Position numbers and translations under genes: made by a program. This document shows, one piece after another, positions 19,064-28,096 of a stretch of 64,000 bases of DNA (positions within the stretch are counted from its first letter, which is position 1; each line of letters opens with the position of its first letter). The stretch is from NCBI GenBank assembly GCA_964508345.1, contig CAZDTK010000001.1:49248-113247 (forward strand), read 5' to 3'. Source of the stretch: an uncultured Actinomycetes bacterium. Its GTDB lineage: Bacteria > Chloroflexota > Dormibacteria > Aeolococcales > Aeolococcaceae. Under the pieces are notes generated by a model. It was not told the DNA's origin. It saw only the letters and a list, made by a program, of their open reading frames with translations, and did not search any database.

Positions 19064-20355
19064 CCCGCTGGGGGGCCGCGCTCCTCCTCGTCGCGCTGGT
19101 GCCGCTCGCGGCCAGCGCCGCCTACTCCGCCCTCCTGCTCCCCGGCATCGCCGTGTTCGCGCTGGCGGCAGTCGCCGTCCTCGCCGACTCGCGACGGGCG
19201 CCCGGTCCGGACCGTCTCACGGTCAGCCGGGAGCACGACGAGATCCTCTCCGCCGGACGGGCGAATCCGATCGCCGTGCACATCGGGATGAACTCCCCGG
19301 CTCCGCCGCTCCCCGCCGTGGTGCGCGACGAGAGCCCGCCCCGGCTGGCGGCCGAGGGCGCGGTGGGCCGCCTCGGCATCCCCGGCACCCTGCGCTACAC
19401 CGTCACCCCCGTGGGCCGCGGCGAGGAGCGCTTCGGCGCCACCGTGGTCCGCTGTCCCGGACCCTGGCGTCTCGGCCTGCGCCAGTCGTCGGTGGGCGGG
19501 GGCGAGACGGTGCGGGTCGACGCCGACCTGGCCGCGATCCGCATCTACGAGGCGCTGGCCCGGCGTGGCCAGCTCGCCGAGCTGGGGGTGCGGACGCAGC
19601 GGCGGCCCGGAGAGGGCACCGAGTTCGAACGCATCCGCGAGGCTGTCCCCGACGACCCCCAGCGGCTCATCAACTGGCGGGCGACGGCGCGGACCGGCCG
19701 CTTGATGGCGAGCGAGCTGATCCCGGAGCGGGCCCAGCCGGTGATCGTCTGCCTCGACCACGGCCGCCTGATGGGGGTCGGAGCCGGCTCCCTCATCAAG
19801 CTGGACCACGCCGTCAACGCCGGGCTCCTGCTCATCCATGTGGCCCTGGCGACCGGCGACCGGGTCGGCCTCTTCGCGTTCGCCGACCGGGTCACTGCCA
19901 CCCTGCCCGCCCGCCCGGGGCGGCTGCAGATGCGGCGCTTCCTGGACGCGGTGCGGCCGCTCACCGCCGGCGAGGTCGAATCCGACTACGACGAGGCACT
20001 CGCCGAGCTGAGCCGCTGGCAGCGCCGCCGGGCGCTCGTCGTGATCTTCACCGACGTGCTCGACCCCGACCAGGGACAGGCGCTGGTCCGCCAGTGCGCC
20101 CGGCTGGCCCGCCAGCACCTGCCGCTCGTCGTCACCGTCCGCGACCCGGCGCTGGAGGACACCGCCCGAGCCCGGCCCCAGGACGCCGCCTCGACCTACG
20201 CGAGAGCGGTGGCGTCCGGGCTGATCGCCGACCGGGAGCAGACCCTGTCACTGCTCCGGCGGAGCGGGGTGGAGACCCTCGACGCCGATGCGCGGACGCT
20301 CTCCCCGCGCCTGGTGAACCGCTACCTGGAGCTGAAGCGCCGTTCGCGGCTGTGA
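19060..20355 (+). CDS. DUF58 (vWA-like) protein
   Basis: GEGTEFERIRE..PDD...INWRATAR, VCLDHGRLM, DRVGLFAF, VVIFTD; ATGA overlap with moxR. Confidence 0.92.
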   Translation: MTRWGAALLLVALVPLAASAAYSALLLPGIAVFALAAVAVLADSRRAPGPDRLTVSREHDEILSAGRANPIAVHIGMNSPAPPLPAVVRDESPPRLAAEGAVGRLGIPGTLRYTVTPVGRGEERFGATVVRCPGPWRLGLRQSSVGGGETVRVDADLAAIRIYEALARRGQLAELGVRTQRRPGEGTEFERIREAVPDDPQRLINWRATARTGRLMASELIPERAQPVIVCLDHGRLMGVGAGSLIKLDHAVNAGLLLIHVALATGDRVGLFAFADRVTATLPARPGRLQMRRFLDAVRPLTAGEVESDYDEALAELSRWQRRRALVVIFTDVLDPDQGQALVRQCARLARQHLPLVVTVRDPALEDTARARPQDAASTYARAVASGLIADREQTLSLLRRSGVETLDADARTLSPRLVNRYLELKRRSRL

Positions 20356-20426
20356 GGCCACGCGCCGGTGTCGGGCTCCCGCCCTGACCCGATCAGCGAA
20401 GGGGCCGGACCTCGCCGGTCCGCGCC

Positions 20427-21191
20427 CTACTCTGGGGCGGGCGGCGGCGGGGGGAAGCCGCCGGAGAGGTCCGGGGGCGGCGGCGGCGGGGGCGGCGGGG
20501 GCGGAGCCGGGAAGTCCTGCGGCGAAGCGGCCGCAGCGGGCTCAGCGCCTGGAGCTGGCTGCGCTGCCGGGGCCGCACCCGCTCCCGGCTGGCCGTACTG
20601 CACAACGGGCTGGCCGGCCGGCTGTCCGAAGGCCTGGGGGTAGCCGCCCGGAGGCGGGCCATAGCCCCCGCCCATCGGGTAGGCGGGAGGGGGCAGCGCC
20701 CGGAACGCCGTGCGGGCGCTGCCGGCGAAGCCGAGCGTGTAGATGATCAGGGCGTTGATGACGATCAGCACGATGCCGGGGATGGGGCTGGCGTGGATGC
20801 CGGTCCCACCGTCGGTCACCCGACTCGCTCCGCTGAGGGCGCTGATGATGCCGAGGATCAGCCCCAGCGTCGACAGCACCAGACCGGTCACCCTCGGGCC
20901 GCTAGTCAGCCGGCCCAGGGCCACCCCGGCCCAGATCCCGAGCACGGCGAGGATCAAGATCACCACGGCGAAGGCCAGCACGGTCCCGCCGACGACGCCG
21001 GCCGCCGTGGACACCACGTTGGTCCCGGTGTAGCCGATCTTGGCGAGGTCGTTGTTGATCGTCGCACCGGCGGAGAGGAAGAAGATGCCGACCGCCGCGA
21101 CAGCGAGGCCTCCCAGCAGCCAGAGCGCGGCCTCGACGATCAGCAGGACTCGGCCCAGGGTGACCGATCCGGGAACTGGCGGTCGTTGCAT
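20427..21191 (-). CDS. Membrane protein with Pro-rich C-terminal tail
   Basis: Four hydrophobic segments then GYGPPPGGYPQ...poly-Pro; ATG 21191 with GGGAG upstream. Confidence 0.7.
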   Translation of the reverse strand: MQRPPVPGSVTLGRVLLIVEAALWLLGGLAVAAVGIFFLSAGATINNDLAKIGYTGTNVVSTAAGVVGGTVLAFAVVILILAVLGIWAGVALGRLTSGPRVTGLVLSTLGLILGIISALSGASRVTDGGTGIHASPIPGIVLIVINALIIYTLGFAGSARTAFRALPPPAYPMGGGYGPPPGGYPQAFGQPAGQPVVQYGQPGAGAAPAAQPAPGAEPAAAASPQDFPAPPPPPPPPPPPDLSGGFPPPPPAPE

Positions 21192-21252
21192 CACTGTCGC
21201 TCCCTCGCTGGTGGTCGAGCCGGCGGTCCGAGTGGCCCGCGGCATCCAGCGA

Positions 21253-21762
21253 CTATAGAGGGGGCGAGGGGGCCACGTCCGGCCCGGACTCGCCGGGCCG
21301 CCGGCCCTCCGTCGTGGCCGCGGGCGCTGGGGCACCGGCCCGGGATGCGAGGTGGGAGGTGAGCTGCGGCCAGAGGTGGAGGAGGAGCACGGCGGCACCC
21401 GCCGCGGGCCCGAACGCCCATCCCCCGGGGGCGGCATCCACGAAGACGACCAGGTAGACGCAGATCGCGACCTCGGCCACGACCAGGGCCACCTGGGCTC
21501 CGCCGCCGTGGGCGGCCGCGTAGCGTTCGACGGCCACCAGGACCGCGGCCACCACCAGGAGGACCAGCGAGAAGGAGAGCACGCCGCTGCCGCTGATCGA
21601 GGCATGCGACGCGAGCCCCGAGAGGGTGAATGACGTCTGGCCGCTGATGGCCGCGACGCCGTACGCGAAGACGGCGGTCAGCACCAGGATGGCGGCCTGG
21701 CAGTACACGATCGCCCGCGCCGCGCGCAGGCGAACGGCGAGCTGCCGGGTGCCGAAGCTCAT
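21253..21762 (-). CDS. Small 4-TM membrane protein
   Basis: Hydrophobic 169-aa ORF; ATG six nt after TAATCT. Confidence 0.7.
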   Translation of the reverse strand: MSFGTRQLAVRLRAARAIVYCQAAILVLTAVFAYGVAAISGQTSFTLSGLASHASISGSGVLSFSLVLLVVAAVLVAVERYAAAHGGGAQVALVVAEVAICVYLVVFVDAAPGGWAFGPAAGAAVLLLHLWPQLTSHLASRAGAPAPAATTEGRRPGESGPDVAPSPPL

Positions 21763-21870
21763 GGGCGGAGATTAGGCCGGGGCCCGAAAACCGGATGATC
21801 TCGTGGTCAGTTCGTTGCCGATCTGCGGCGAGGCCCCGCCCGCCGCGCCCTGGCGGAGATCACCGCCCCC

Positions 21871-22764
21871 TCAGAGAGCCAGGGGGGCCCGCTCCCGGTC
21901 GGGCATCGCCTCCAGGGCGGCGACCACCTCGCGGGTCAGGTGGGTCGGCGTCGACGCCCCCGAGGTGACGCCCACCCGGTGCACGCCCTCGAACCACTCC
22001 GGCCGCAGCTCCGCGGCGTTGTCGACCAGGTGGGCCGGCTTGTGGCCCAGCTCCTCCACCACCTGGGCGAGGCGCAGGCTGTTGCTGCTCCGCCGGCTCC
22101 CCACCACCACCACGCAGTCGACGTCGTCCGCGGCCAGCACCGCCGCCTCCTGCCGCTCCTGGGTGGCCCTGCAGATCTCGTTGTGGACCTCGATCTGGGG
22201 GAAGCGCTCGACCAGCCGGTCGATGATGCTCTGGGTGTCCCACATGGAGAGGGTGGTCTGGCAGGTCACCGCCAGGCGGGTGCCGGGGGGGAACTGCAGG
22301 GCGTCGGCGTCCTCGATTGATTCAATCAAGGTGGTCTGGGCAGGCGCCACGCCCATCACCCCGGCCGGCTCGGGATGGCCCCGCTTGCCGATGTAGATGA
22401 CGTGAACGCCGTCTCGGGTCAGCTCGCGCACCAGGTCGTGGGTGCGGGTCACATCGCTGCAGGTGGCGTCCACGATGGTCAGCCCGCGCTCCCGGGCCGC
22501 CTCCACCACCTGGGGCGAGATGCCGTGGGCGGTGAAGATGACCGTGCCCTCGGTGATCTGGGAGAGGCCCTTCATGCGGTCGGATTCGGCCACCAGGCGG
22601 ACGCCCGCCTCCTCCAGCTCGCGGGTGGCGTGCTCGTTGTGGACCAGGTAGCCGAGCATCGTCACCGGCTCGCCGCGTTTCTCGGCCCCGACCTGCTTGG
22701 CCAGCCGGATCGCCTCCACCACCCCGTGGCAGTACCCGCGGGGGCGGATCCGCACGACCTCCAT
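21871..22764 (-). CDS. ispH: 4-hydroxy-3-methylbut-2-enyl diphosphate reductase
   Basis: PRGYCHGV, VHN, AHG, DATC, QTTLS, ICRATQERQ, VGSRRSSNS, TSGASTP. Confidence 0.96.
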   Translation of the reverse strand: MEVVRIRPRGYCHGVVEAIRLAKQVGAEKRGEPVTMLGYLVHNEHATRELEEAGVRLVAESDRMKGLSQITEGTVIFTAHGISPQVVEAARERGLTIVDATCSDVTRTHDLVRELTRDGVHVIYIGKRGHPEPAGVMGVAPAQTTLIESIEDADALQFPPGTRLAVTCQTTLSMWDTQSIIDRLVERFPQIEVHNEICRATQERQEAAVLAADDVDCVVVVGSRRSSNSLRLAQVVEELGHKPAHLVDNAAELRPEWFEGVHRVGVTSGASTPTHLTREVVAALEAMPDRERAPLAL

Positions 22765-22800
22765 GAGGCCAGTCTACGCGAGCTCCCCGCCTGCCCCCGA

Positions 22801-23820
22801 TCAGGCTCCGGCCATCCGCTCGTGGGTGCCGCCTCCCGCCGGCGCGACGGCATCCAGGTCGAGGGTGACGACGGCCTGCCGCCCGCGTCCCGCCAGCAGC
22901 AGCCAGGCGTAGAAGCAGGCGCCCACGCCGAGACCGATCGCGATCTTGACCCCGCCGGGGAGGCCGCTCGGTGAGACGAAGGCCTCCAGGGTCCCGGCGA
23001 TCACCAGCAGCAGCATGACGGCGACCGCCAGCCCCACCACCTCCTGCCCGGCGCGGGCCAGCGCGTCGCCCCGGCTGCGCAGACCCGGGCGCAGCAGCGC
23101 GTCGCCGAGGCGAAGGCCCGCGGCTCCGGCGGTGACGATGATGCTCAGCTCCAGCACCCCGTGGGCGGCGATCAGCGACCAGAACGCGTAGTCGTACCCC
23201 CCGGCGTGGACGGCGGCGCCCAGCGTGCCCAGGCTCCACCCCTGGAAGAAGATCAGCAGGGCGGTGGGCAGCCCCAGGCAGAGGCCGAGGACCATGAGGA
23301 CGACGGCGACCTCGATGTTGTGCAGGAAGATGCTGGGCGCGGCCAGGAAGGGCTGGGGCACGCCGATGCCCGGCGTGCCCTGGGCCATCTCGGCAAAGAG
23401 CGAGGACGGCACCAACACCCCGCGCAGGTCGGGCCGCAGGGCGTAGGCGAGCCAGCCCGCGACCGCCCCGGCCACCAGGCAGCCGAGCGAGGCCAGGAAG
23501 TAGCCGGCATTGGCGCGGAAGGCGCGGGGGGCGCCGGTCGCGAAGAACCCGAGGGCGTTGCCCAGCCGCGGCGGCGAGCCGCGGTTGAGGAGCACGTGAG
23601 CGCGCCCGCAGAGCGAGTTCAGGTACTCGGTGATCGCCTGGTCGGGGAAGTCGCGGCGGGCGATGGCGAGATCGCTGGCGGTCCTCCGGTACAGGATGGC
23701 GAAGCGCTCGACGTCTTCCGCCCGGAGCCTGCGCAGCCGGCTCCCGGCGAGCGTTGCGGTGCGTCCTTCCAGCTCCGCCCAGCGGGCACGCCGGCCGGCG
23801 ATGAACGCCTCCAGCTTCAC
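22801..23820 (-). CDS. SpoIIM-like (stage II sporulation protein M family) membrane protein
   Basis: LYRRTASDLA, YLNSLCGRAH, IFLHNIEV, HGVLEL, AGTLEAFVSP; GTGA overlap with RDD gene. Confidence 0.88.
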   Translation of the reverse strand: MKLEAFIAGRRARWAELEGRTATLAGSRLRRLRAEDVERFAILYRRTASDLAIARRDFPDQAITEYLNSLCGRAHVLLNRGSPPRLGNALGFFATGAPRAFRANAGYFLASLGCLVAGAVAGWLAYALRPDLRGVLVPSSLFAEMAQGTPGIGVPQPFLAAPSIFLHNIEVAVVLMVLGLCLGLPTALLIFFQGWSLGTLGAAVHAGGYDYAFWSLIAAHGVLELSIIVTAGAAGLRLGDALLRPGLRSRGDALARAGQEVVGLAVAVMLLLVIAGTLEAFVSPSGLPGGVKIAIGLGVGACFYAWLLLAGRGRQAVVTLDLDAVAPAGGGTHERMAGA

Positions 23821-24677
23821 GATGCGACCGGGGGCCGCCCCGCCTGCCCGGGCTGAAGGTCGAGCCGGTACACCGGGTACGGTGTCCCGCTGTCGAGCCG
23901 CGGCACCAGCTGCAGGTAGAGGCGCTCCAGGAACAGCTCCGGCGGCCACATCCGCTCCGGGGCGCCGGCGGGCAGCTCCATCCGGTCGAACAGGCGGGCC
24001 GCCAGCCGGCCGGCGAGGTCGGTCCGCATGTCGGGACGCAGCCCGGTCCGGCTGAGGAAGGTGCGGACCCCCTCGAGCTCGTGCTCGCCGAGGTGGCTGA
24101 GGCCGTCGATGGCCGGGCCGGGATCGATGCTGCGGAGGTAGACGGGCGACGGCACGGTCGCCGCCTGGAGGGTCACCGGTGTGCGCTCCCGCACCACCAC
24201 GGTGCCGGCGAGGAGGTCGCCGAGGCGGCGTGACTGGGGGTGGAAGAACATCAGCACAGGGCCCACCCCGAGGAGGGCGTCGACGATCAGCGCCGCGCTG
24301 CGCAGGAAGTACTCACCGAGGCTCGCCGTCCCCCCGTCGGCGCGGATCACGCGCAGGCCCATCACGGTCTTGCCCGGCGTCCGGCCGGCGCTCACCGCCT
24401 GGGCCACCGTGAAGTAGGCGACGACGATGAGGAGCCAGGCGGCGGCGAGCAGGTAGGAGGCCAGGCTGAAGATCTCAACCGCGCCATTGCCGCTCGTGTT
24501 CCCGGTGGCCGCGTCGGCGATGGCGACGATCAGCACAGTGGCGACGGTGAGGATGCAGGTGAGGATCAGCGCGTCGAAGATCGCGGCGGTGAGGCGCGTG
24601 GCCAGACCCGCGACGCGAAAGGAGATGCCGACGTTGTCGGCGGTGGTCACCCGCTGGGTGTCGTAACCGGTCGTCAT
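23817..24677 (-). CDS. RDD family protein
   Basis: AGLATRLTAAIFD, GRTPGKTVMGLRVI, RRLGDLLAGTVVV. Confidence 0.92.
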   Translation of the reverse strand: MTTGYDTQRVTTADNVGISFRVAGLATRLTAAIFDALILTCILTVATVLIVAIADAATGNTSGNGAVEIFSLASYLLAAAWLLIVVAYFTVAQAVSAGRTPGKTVMGLRVIRADGGTASLGEYFLRSAALIVDALLGVGPVLMFFHPQSRRLGDLLAGTVVVRERTPVTLQAATVPSPVYLRSIDPGPAIDGLSHLGEHELEGVRTFLSRTGLRPDMRTDLAGRLAARLFDRMELPAGAPERMWPPELFLERLYLQLVPRLDSGTPYPVYRLDLQPGQAGRPPVAS

Positions 24678-24794
24678 CTCCGCGGCATCGCCCTGGTGCG
24701 TCGCAACCGATTGGGCGCTGGGTGGGTGATCACTGCCACTTCGCTCGTGATGCTGTCACCTCCGATCGTCGCGCGGCGGACGGCTCGGTCGCGG

Positions 24795-25004
24795 CTACTC
24801 GACGATGGCCACCGTCTGACCCTCCTGGACGACCTCACCGGGCTGCACCAGGATGGCCGTGACCGTGCCGGAGATCGGGCTGGTCACCGGGATCTCCATC
24901 TTCATGGACTCCAGGACCATGATCGTCTCGTCCTCCTCGACCCGCTGGCCCACCTCGGCCACGATCCTCCAGAGGCTGCCGATCACCTCGGCCCGGACCT
25001 CCAT
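24795..25004 (-). CDS. Stand-alone biotin/lipoyl carrier domain
   Basis: 69 aa, LESMKMEIPV biotinylation motif. Confidence 0.9.
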   Translation of the reverse strand: MEVRAEVIGSLWRIVAEVGQRVEEDETIMVLESMKMEIPVTSPISGTVTAILVQPGEVVQEGQTVAIVE

Positions 25005-25096
25005 GGTCCGTCAGCCCGCTCCGACCCCGCGGTGGCGCCCGTCACCGCCGGCGGGTGCCTCCAGGGCGCCCGGCCCCGTGACTGATCGCGTCCGGA

Positions 25097-26167
25097 TCAC
25101 GCCCCGACGACTAGCAGACGGTCGTCGACCCAGCCGGTCCAGCCGTTGGAGCAGACGATGTGTGCCCAGGCTCCGCGCACCTCGGTGACCTGCACCGGAA
25201 GGTGACCTCCGAGGGTGGCGACCACTGCTCCGGCGGGATCGGGGGCCGCCCACGCCTGCATCCCCTGGGGCGGCACGCGGTGGCTGGGCGTCCACTGGTC
25301 CGGCCCAGGCGCCGGGGCCGGCGCCTGCTCGGCTGCCGGCGTGAAGACCTGGCCGTAGTCCTGTCCGGGGGTGGCCCCGAGTCCGCCGGCCGAGCCCGGA
25401 TCGGCGGCGCCCTGAGCCGGGGTGGCGACCGGCTCGAAGACCGTCGCCTCCGATGCCCAAGGGCTCGGTGTGGCGGTCCGCTCCTCGGTCCGGAACGCGA
25501 AGGCGTCCGAAGCCGGTTCGTCGGATGGGGCGGCCGACGCCAGGTCAGCCGCCGGAACCGCGGGTTGCGTCGAGACGGGGGGCCACTCCCAGGGCGTCGC
25601 GACCGGCGCGCCGGCCTGCGTGTCTGCCGGGGCTGCGGCGCCGAGGTCCGCGGGGGCGCCGGTCACTCCGACCCCGGCCGCGGCACCACCGTCGCCCCCG
25701 GCCAGCGAACTCGTGGCCACGCCGGCCAGGGAGGCGCCGGCAGCCTCGGGGGCTTCAACGGGCAGCCCGGCGAGGCGGAGCACGGCCAGGCGGGTGCGGC
25801 TGACGTCGCTGACGGCGGTGAGAAAGCTGTGCTTGGTGAGCCCGTCGAGGATCACCCAGGTGGCCACCTCGACGCGCTCCGCGTCAGCGTCGAGACCGAC
25901 CGTGACCGGCCCCGGACGGCGCTCCTCCAGGTCGGTGAGGTCGCTGGCGAGGGAGCCGCCCGCGGGCTGGACCCCCTGGCCGAGGTCCACGAGGCTGCGC
26001 AGCGCAAGCAGGTCTGTCCCGCTCGGCAGTCCGGCTGTCAGCTCGGCGCCACCGCTCACGAGCACCAGGGTGAACTCGGCGGCCGGGTCGCTTTCCTCTC
26101 CAACACACCGCACGGTGCTATCGGCGCTGCACCAATCGAGGATGCGCTGTTTGGCGTCAGTGGTCAT
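25097..26167 (-). CDS. Hypothetical protein: N-terminal globular domain, Ala/Pro linker, C-terminal SH3-like domain
   Basis: GGAGG SD; C-terminal LPVQVTEVRGAWAHIVCSNGWTGWV resembles SH3b. Confidence 0.7.
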   Translation of the reverse strand: MTTDAKQRILDWCSADSTVRCVGEESDPAAEFTLVLVSGGAELTAGLPSGTDLLALRSLVDLGQGVQPAGGSLASDLTDLEERRPGPVTVGLDADAERVEVATWVILDGLTKHSFLTAVSDVSRTRLAVLRLAGLPVEAPEAAGASLAGVATSSLAGGDGGAAAGVGVTGAPADLGAAAPADTQAGAPVATPWEWPPVSTQPAVPAADLASAAPSDEPASDAFAFRTEERTATPSPWASEATVFEPVATPAQGAADPGSAGGLGATPGQDYGQVFTPAAEQAPAPAPGPDQWTPSHRVPPQGMQAWAAPDPAGAVVATLGGHLPVQVTEVRGAWAHIVCSNGWTGWVDDRLLVVGA

Positions 26168-26265
26168 GGCCTGGGAACCTCCAGGGGAGCGGCCGGAGTA
26201 GCTCTTGGGTCGATTGTGGGGAGGGTGAAGATTCTCGCAGGTAACCGGGCATCGGGGGTGACGAT

Positions 26266-26733
26266 TCAGAGGTGATCGAAGTCGAAGTAAATGCGGAACC
26301 CCTGGGCGCTGGCCTCCATGCCGATGGCCCGGTAGAAGGCGTGGGCCTCCATTCGCTCCATTCGTGAGATGAGCTGGAGGCGGTGGCATCCCGCCGCCCG
26401 GGCCCGGCGCACCGCCTCCTCCATGAGCGCCCGGCCCACCCCCTGGCGGCGGAAGCGGGAGCCGGTCACCACGTTCTCGACAGCCGCCCACGGATGGCCT
26501 CGGTGGGTGAGGCTGGGCCGGACGATGAGCAGGTCGACCGTCCCCGCCACGGAGCCGTCGATCGTGGCGACCAGCAGGGTGCGGTCCGGGTCCGCGGCGA
26601 TGCCGGCGAAGTTGGCCTCGGCCTCGGCCACGCTCAGCTGCGGCCCCGAGGCGAACCCCTCGGCGAGCTGCGCGTAGAGGTCGAGCAGCGCCGGAATGTC
26701 GGCCACGACGGCGGGACGGACCTCGACGCTCAC
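26266..26733 (-). CDS. GNAT family N-acetyltransferase
   Basis: VENVVTGSRFRRQGVGRALM motif A; AHAFYRAIG. Confidence 0.92.
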   Translation of the reverse strand: MSVEVRPAVVADIPALLDLYAQLAEGFASGPQLSVAEAEANFAGIAADPDRTLLVATIDGSVAGTVDLLIVRPSLTHRGHPWAAVENVVTGSRFRRQGVGRALMEEAVRRARAAGCHRLQLISRMERMEAHAFYRAIGMEASAQGFRIYFDFDHL

Positions 26734-27359
26734 GAGCGCGGATTGTGCGCGGGTCCGCTCCTCTCCTGCCGGCGGGACGGCATGCTGCGCGGGTACTCGA
26801 GCGCGTCCGCGATCGGGTCGGAGAGCTCGGCTCCGAAGAAACGCGCCACCAGCCAGAGGCCCAGGTCGATGCCGCTGGTGACCCCGCCCGAGGTGACCAG
26901 GCTGCCCTCGTCCACGACCCTCTGGTCGACGACATCGACGCCCAGGGCGGCGAGGTCGGCCTGCGCCTGGTGATGGGTGGCCGCGCCTCGATCACCGACG
27001 ACGCCGGCATGCGCCAGCAGCAGAGTGCCGGTGCACACGCCCGCCATGATCGAGCCCCCCTGCGCGGCGCGCGCGAGCAGTGGCATCCAGTCACCGCGCT
27101 GCACCTCGCCCCAGGATCCCGCGTCGTGTCGAGCCACCCAGCCGCCGCCGGGAACCACCACCACGTCGGCACCCGGCTCGAATACCCCGTCGGGTTGGAG
27201 GCGGACACCGAGTGAGCCGGTGACCCATTCGGTCGCGGTGCGGGACACCAGGCGCACGGTGAGGTCGGCGCCCGCCTCGCCTGCCCTGCGCAGCACCGCG
27301 ACCGGCCCGGTGACGTCCAGCTCGTCGACGCCGTCGTACACGATGATGTCCACCCGCAC
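26730..27359 (-). CDS. DJ-1/PfpI family protein
   Basis: DELDVTGP, VVVPGG, GVCTG nucleophile, TSGGVTSGIDL. Confidence 0.92.
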   Translation of the reverse strand: MRVDIIVYDGVDELDVTGPVAVLRRAGEAGADLTVRLVSRTATEWVTGSLGVRLQPDGVFEPGADVVVVPGGGWVARHDAGSWGEVQRGDWMPLLARAAQGGSIMAGVCTGTLLLAHAGVVGDRGAATHHQAQADLAALGVDVVDQRVVDEGSLVTSGGVTSGIDLGLWLVARFFGAELSDPIADALEYPRSMPSRRQERSGPAHNPRS

Positions 27360-27426
27360 CTGGTGATGGTGTCACAGCGCGAGCCGAGGTCCAAGCCGCC
27401 CCGCCTCTCTCATCCAGACCTACCAC

Positions 27427-27457
27427 TCACCGCATCCGGGATTGCCAGATGCGGTGA
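27427..27457. terminator. 10-bp perfect hairpin downstream of response regulator
   Basis: TCACCGCATC-N11-GATGCGGTGA. Confidence 0.45.
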
Positions 27458-27490
27458 AATCCGGCCACGAGGTGCGGCCGGCTCTCCCCG

Positions 27491-28096
27491 TCACAGCCAG
27501 CCCAGGCGCTCCGCGACCCGAACGGCCTCGATACGGTTGCGAGCTCCCGTCTTCTGGATGGCCGACGAGAGGTAGTTGCGCACCGTCCCCTCAGAGAGGT
27601 GGTGTCGTGTCGCGATGGTGGCGATGCTCGAGCCGTCGATGGCGGCGGCCAGAACCTCACGCTCGCGCGGTGAGAGGGGATTGGGGCCCGCGCTGAGCGC
27701 CGCGGCAGCGAGCTGGGGATCGAGGACACGCTCGCCCGCCACAGCCCGCCGGATCGAAGCCGCCAGAGCCTCGACGGGCCCGTCCTTCACCAGGAAGCCC
27801 GACGCCCCGGCCTCCATGGCACGGCGCAGGTAACCGGGGCGACCGAACGTGGTGAGGATGATGATCACGCACCCGGGCAGGCTCGCATGCAGCATCCCCG
27901 CCGCGGTGACCCCGTCGCTCCCGGGCATCTCGATGTCCAGAAGAGCCACGTCAGGCCGGGTCTCCAGGGCCAGCGAGAGCACCTGGTCGCCCGACCCGGT
28001 CTGAGCCACGACCTGCATGTCCGGCTCCAGGTTGAGGAGGGTTGCCAGGGCGCCACGGACCATCCCCTGATCCTCGGCGATGAGGATGCGGATCAC
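27491..28096 (-). CDS. NarL/DesR-family response regulator
   Basis: IAEDQGMVRGAL, LDIEMPG, LTTFGRPGYL, LuxR HTH LSEGTVRNYLS; GTGA overlap with kinase. Confidence 0.95.
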   Translation of the reverse strand: MIRILIAEDQGMVRGALATLLNLEPDMQVVAQTGSGDQVLSLALETRPDVALLDIEMPGSDGVTAAGMLHASLPGCVIIILTTFGRPGYLRRAMEAGASGFLVKDGPVEALAASIRRAVAGERVLDPQLAAAALSAGPNPLSPREREVLAAAIDGSSIATIATRHHLSEGTVRNYLSSAIQKTGARNRIEAVRVAERLGWL

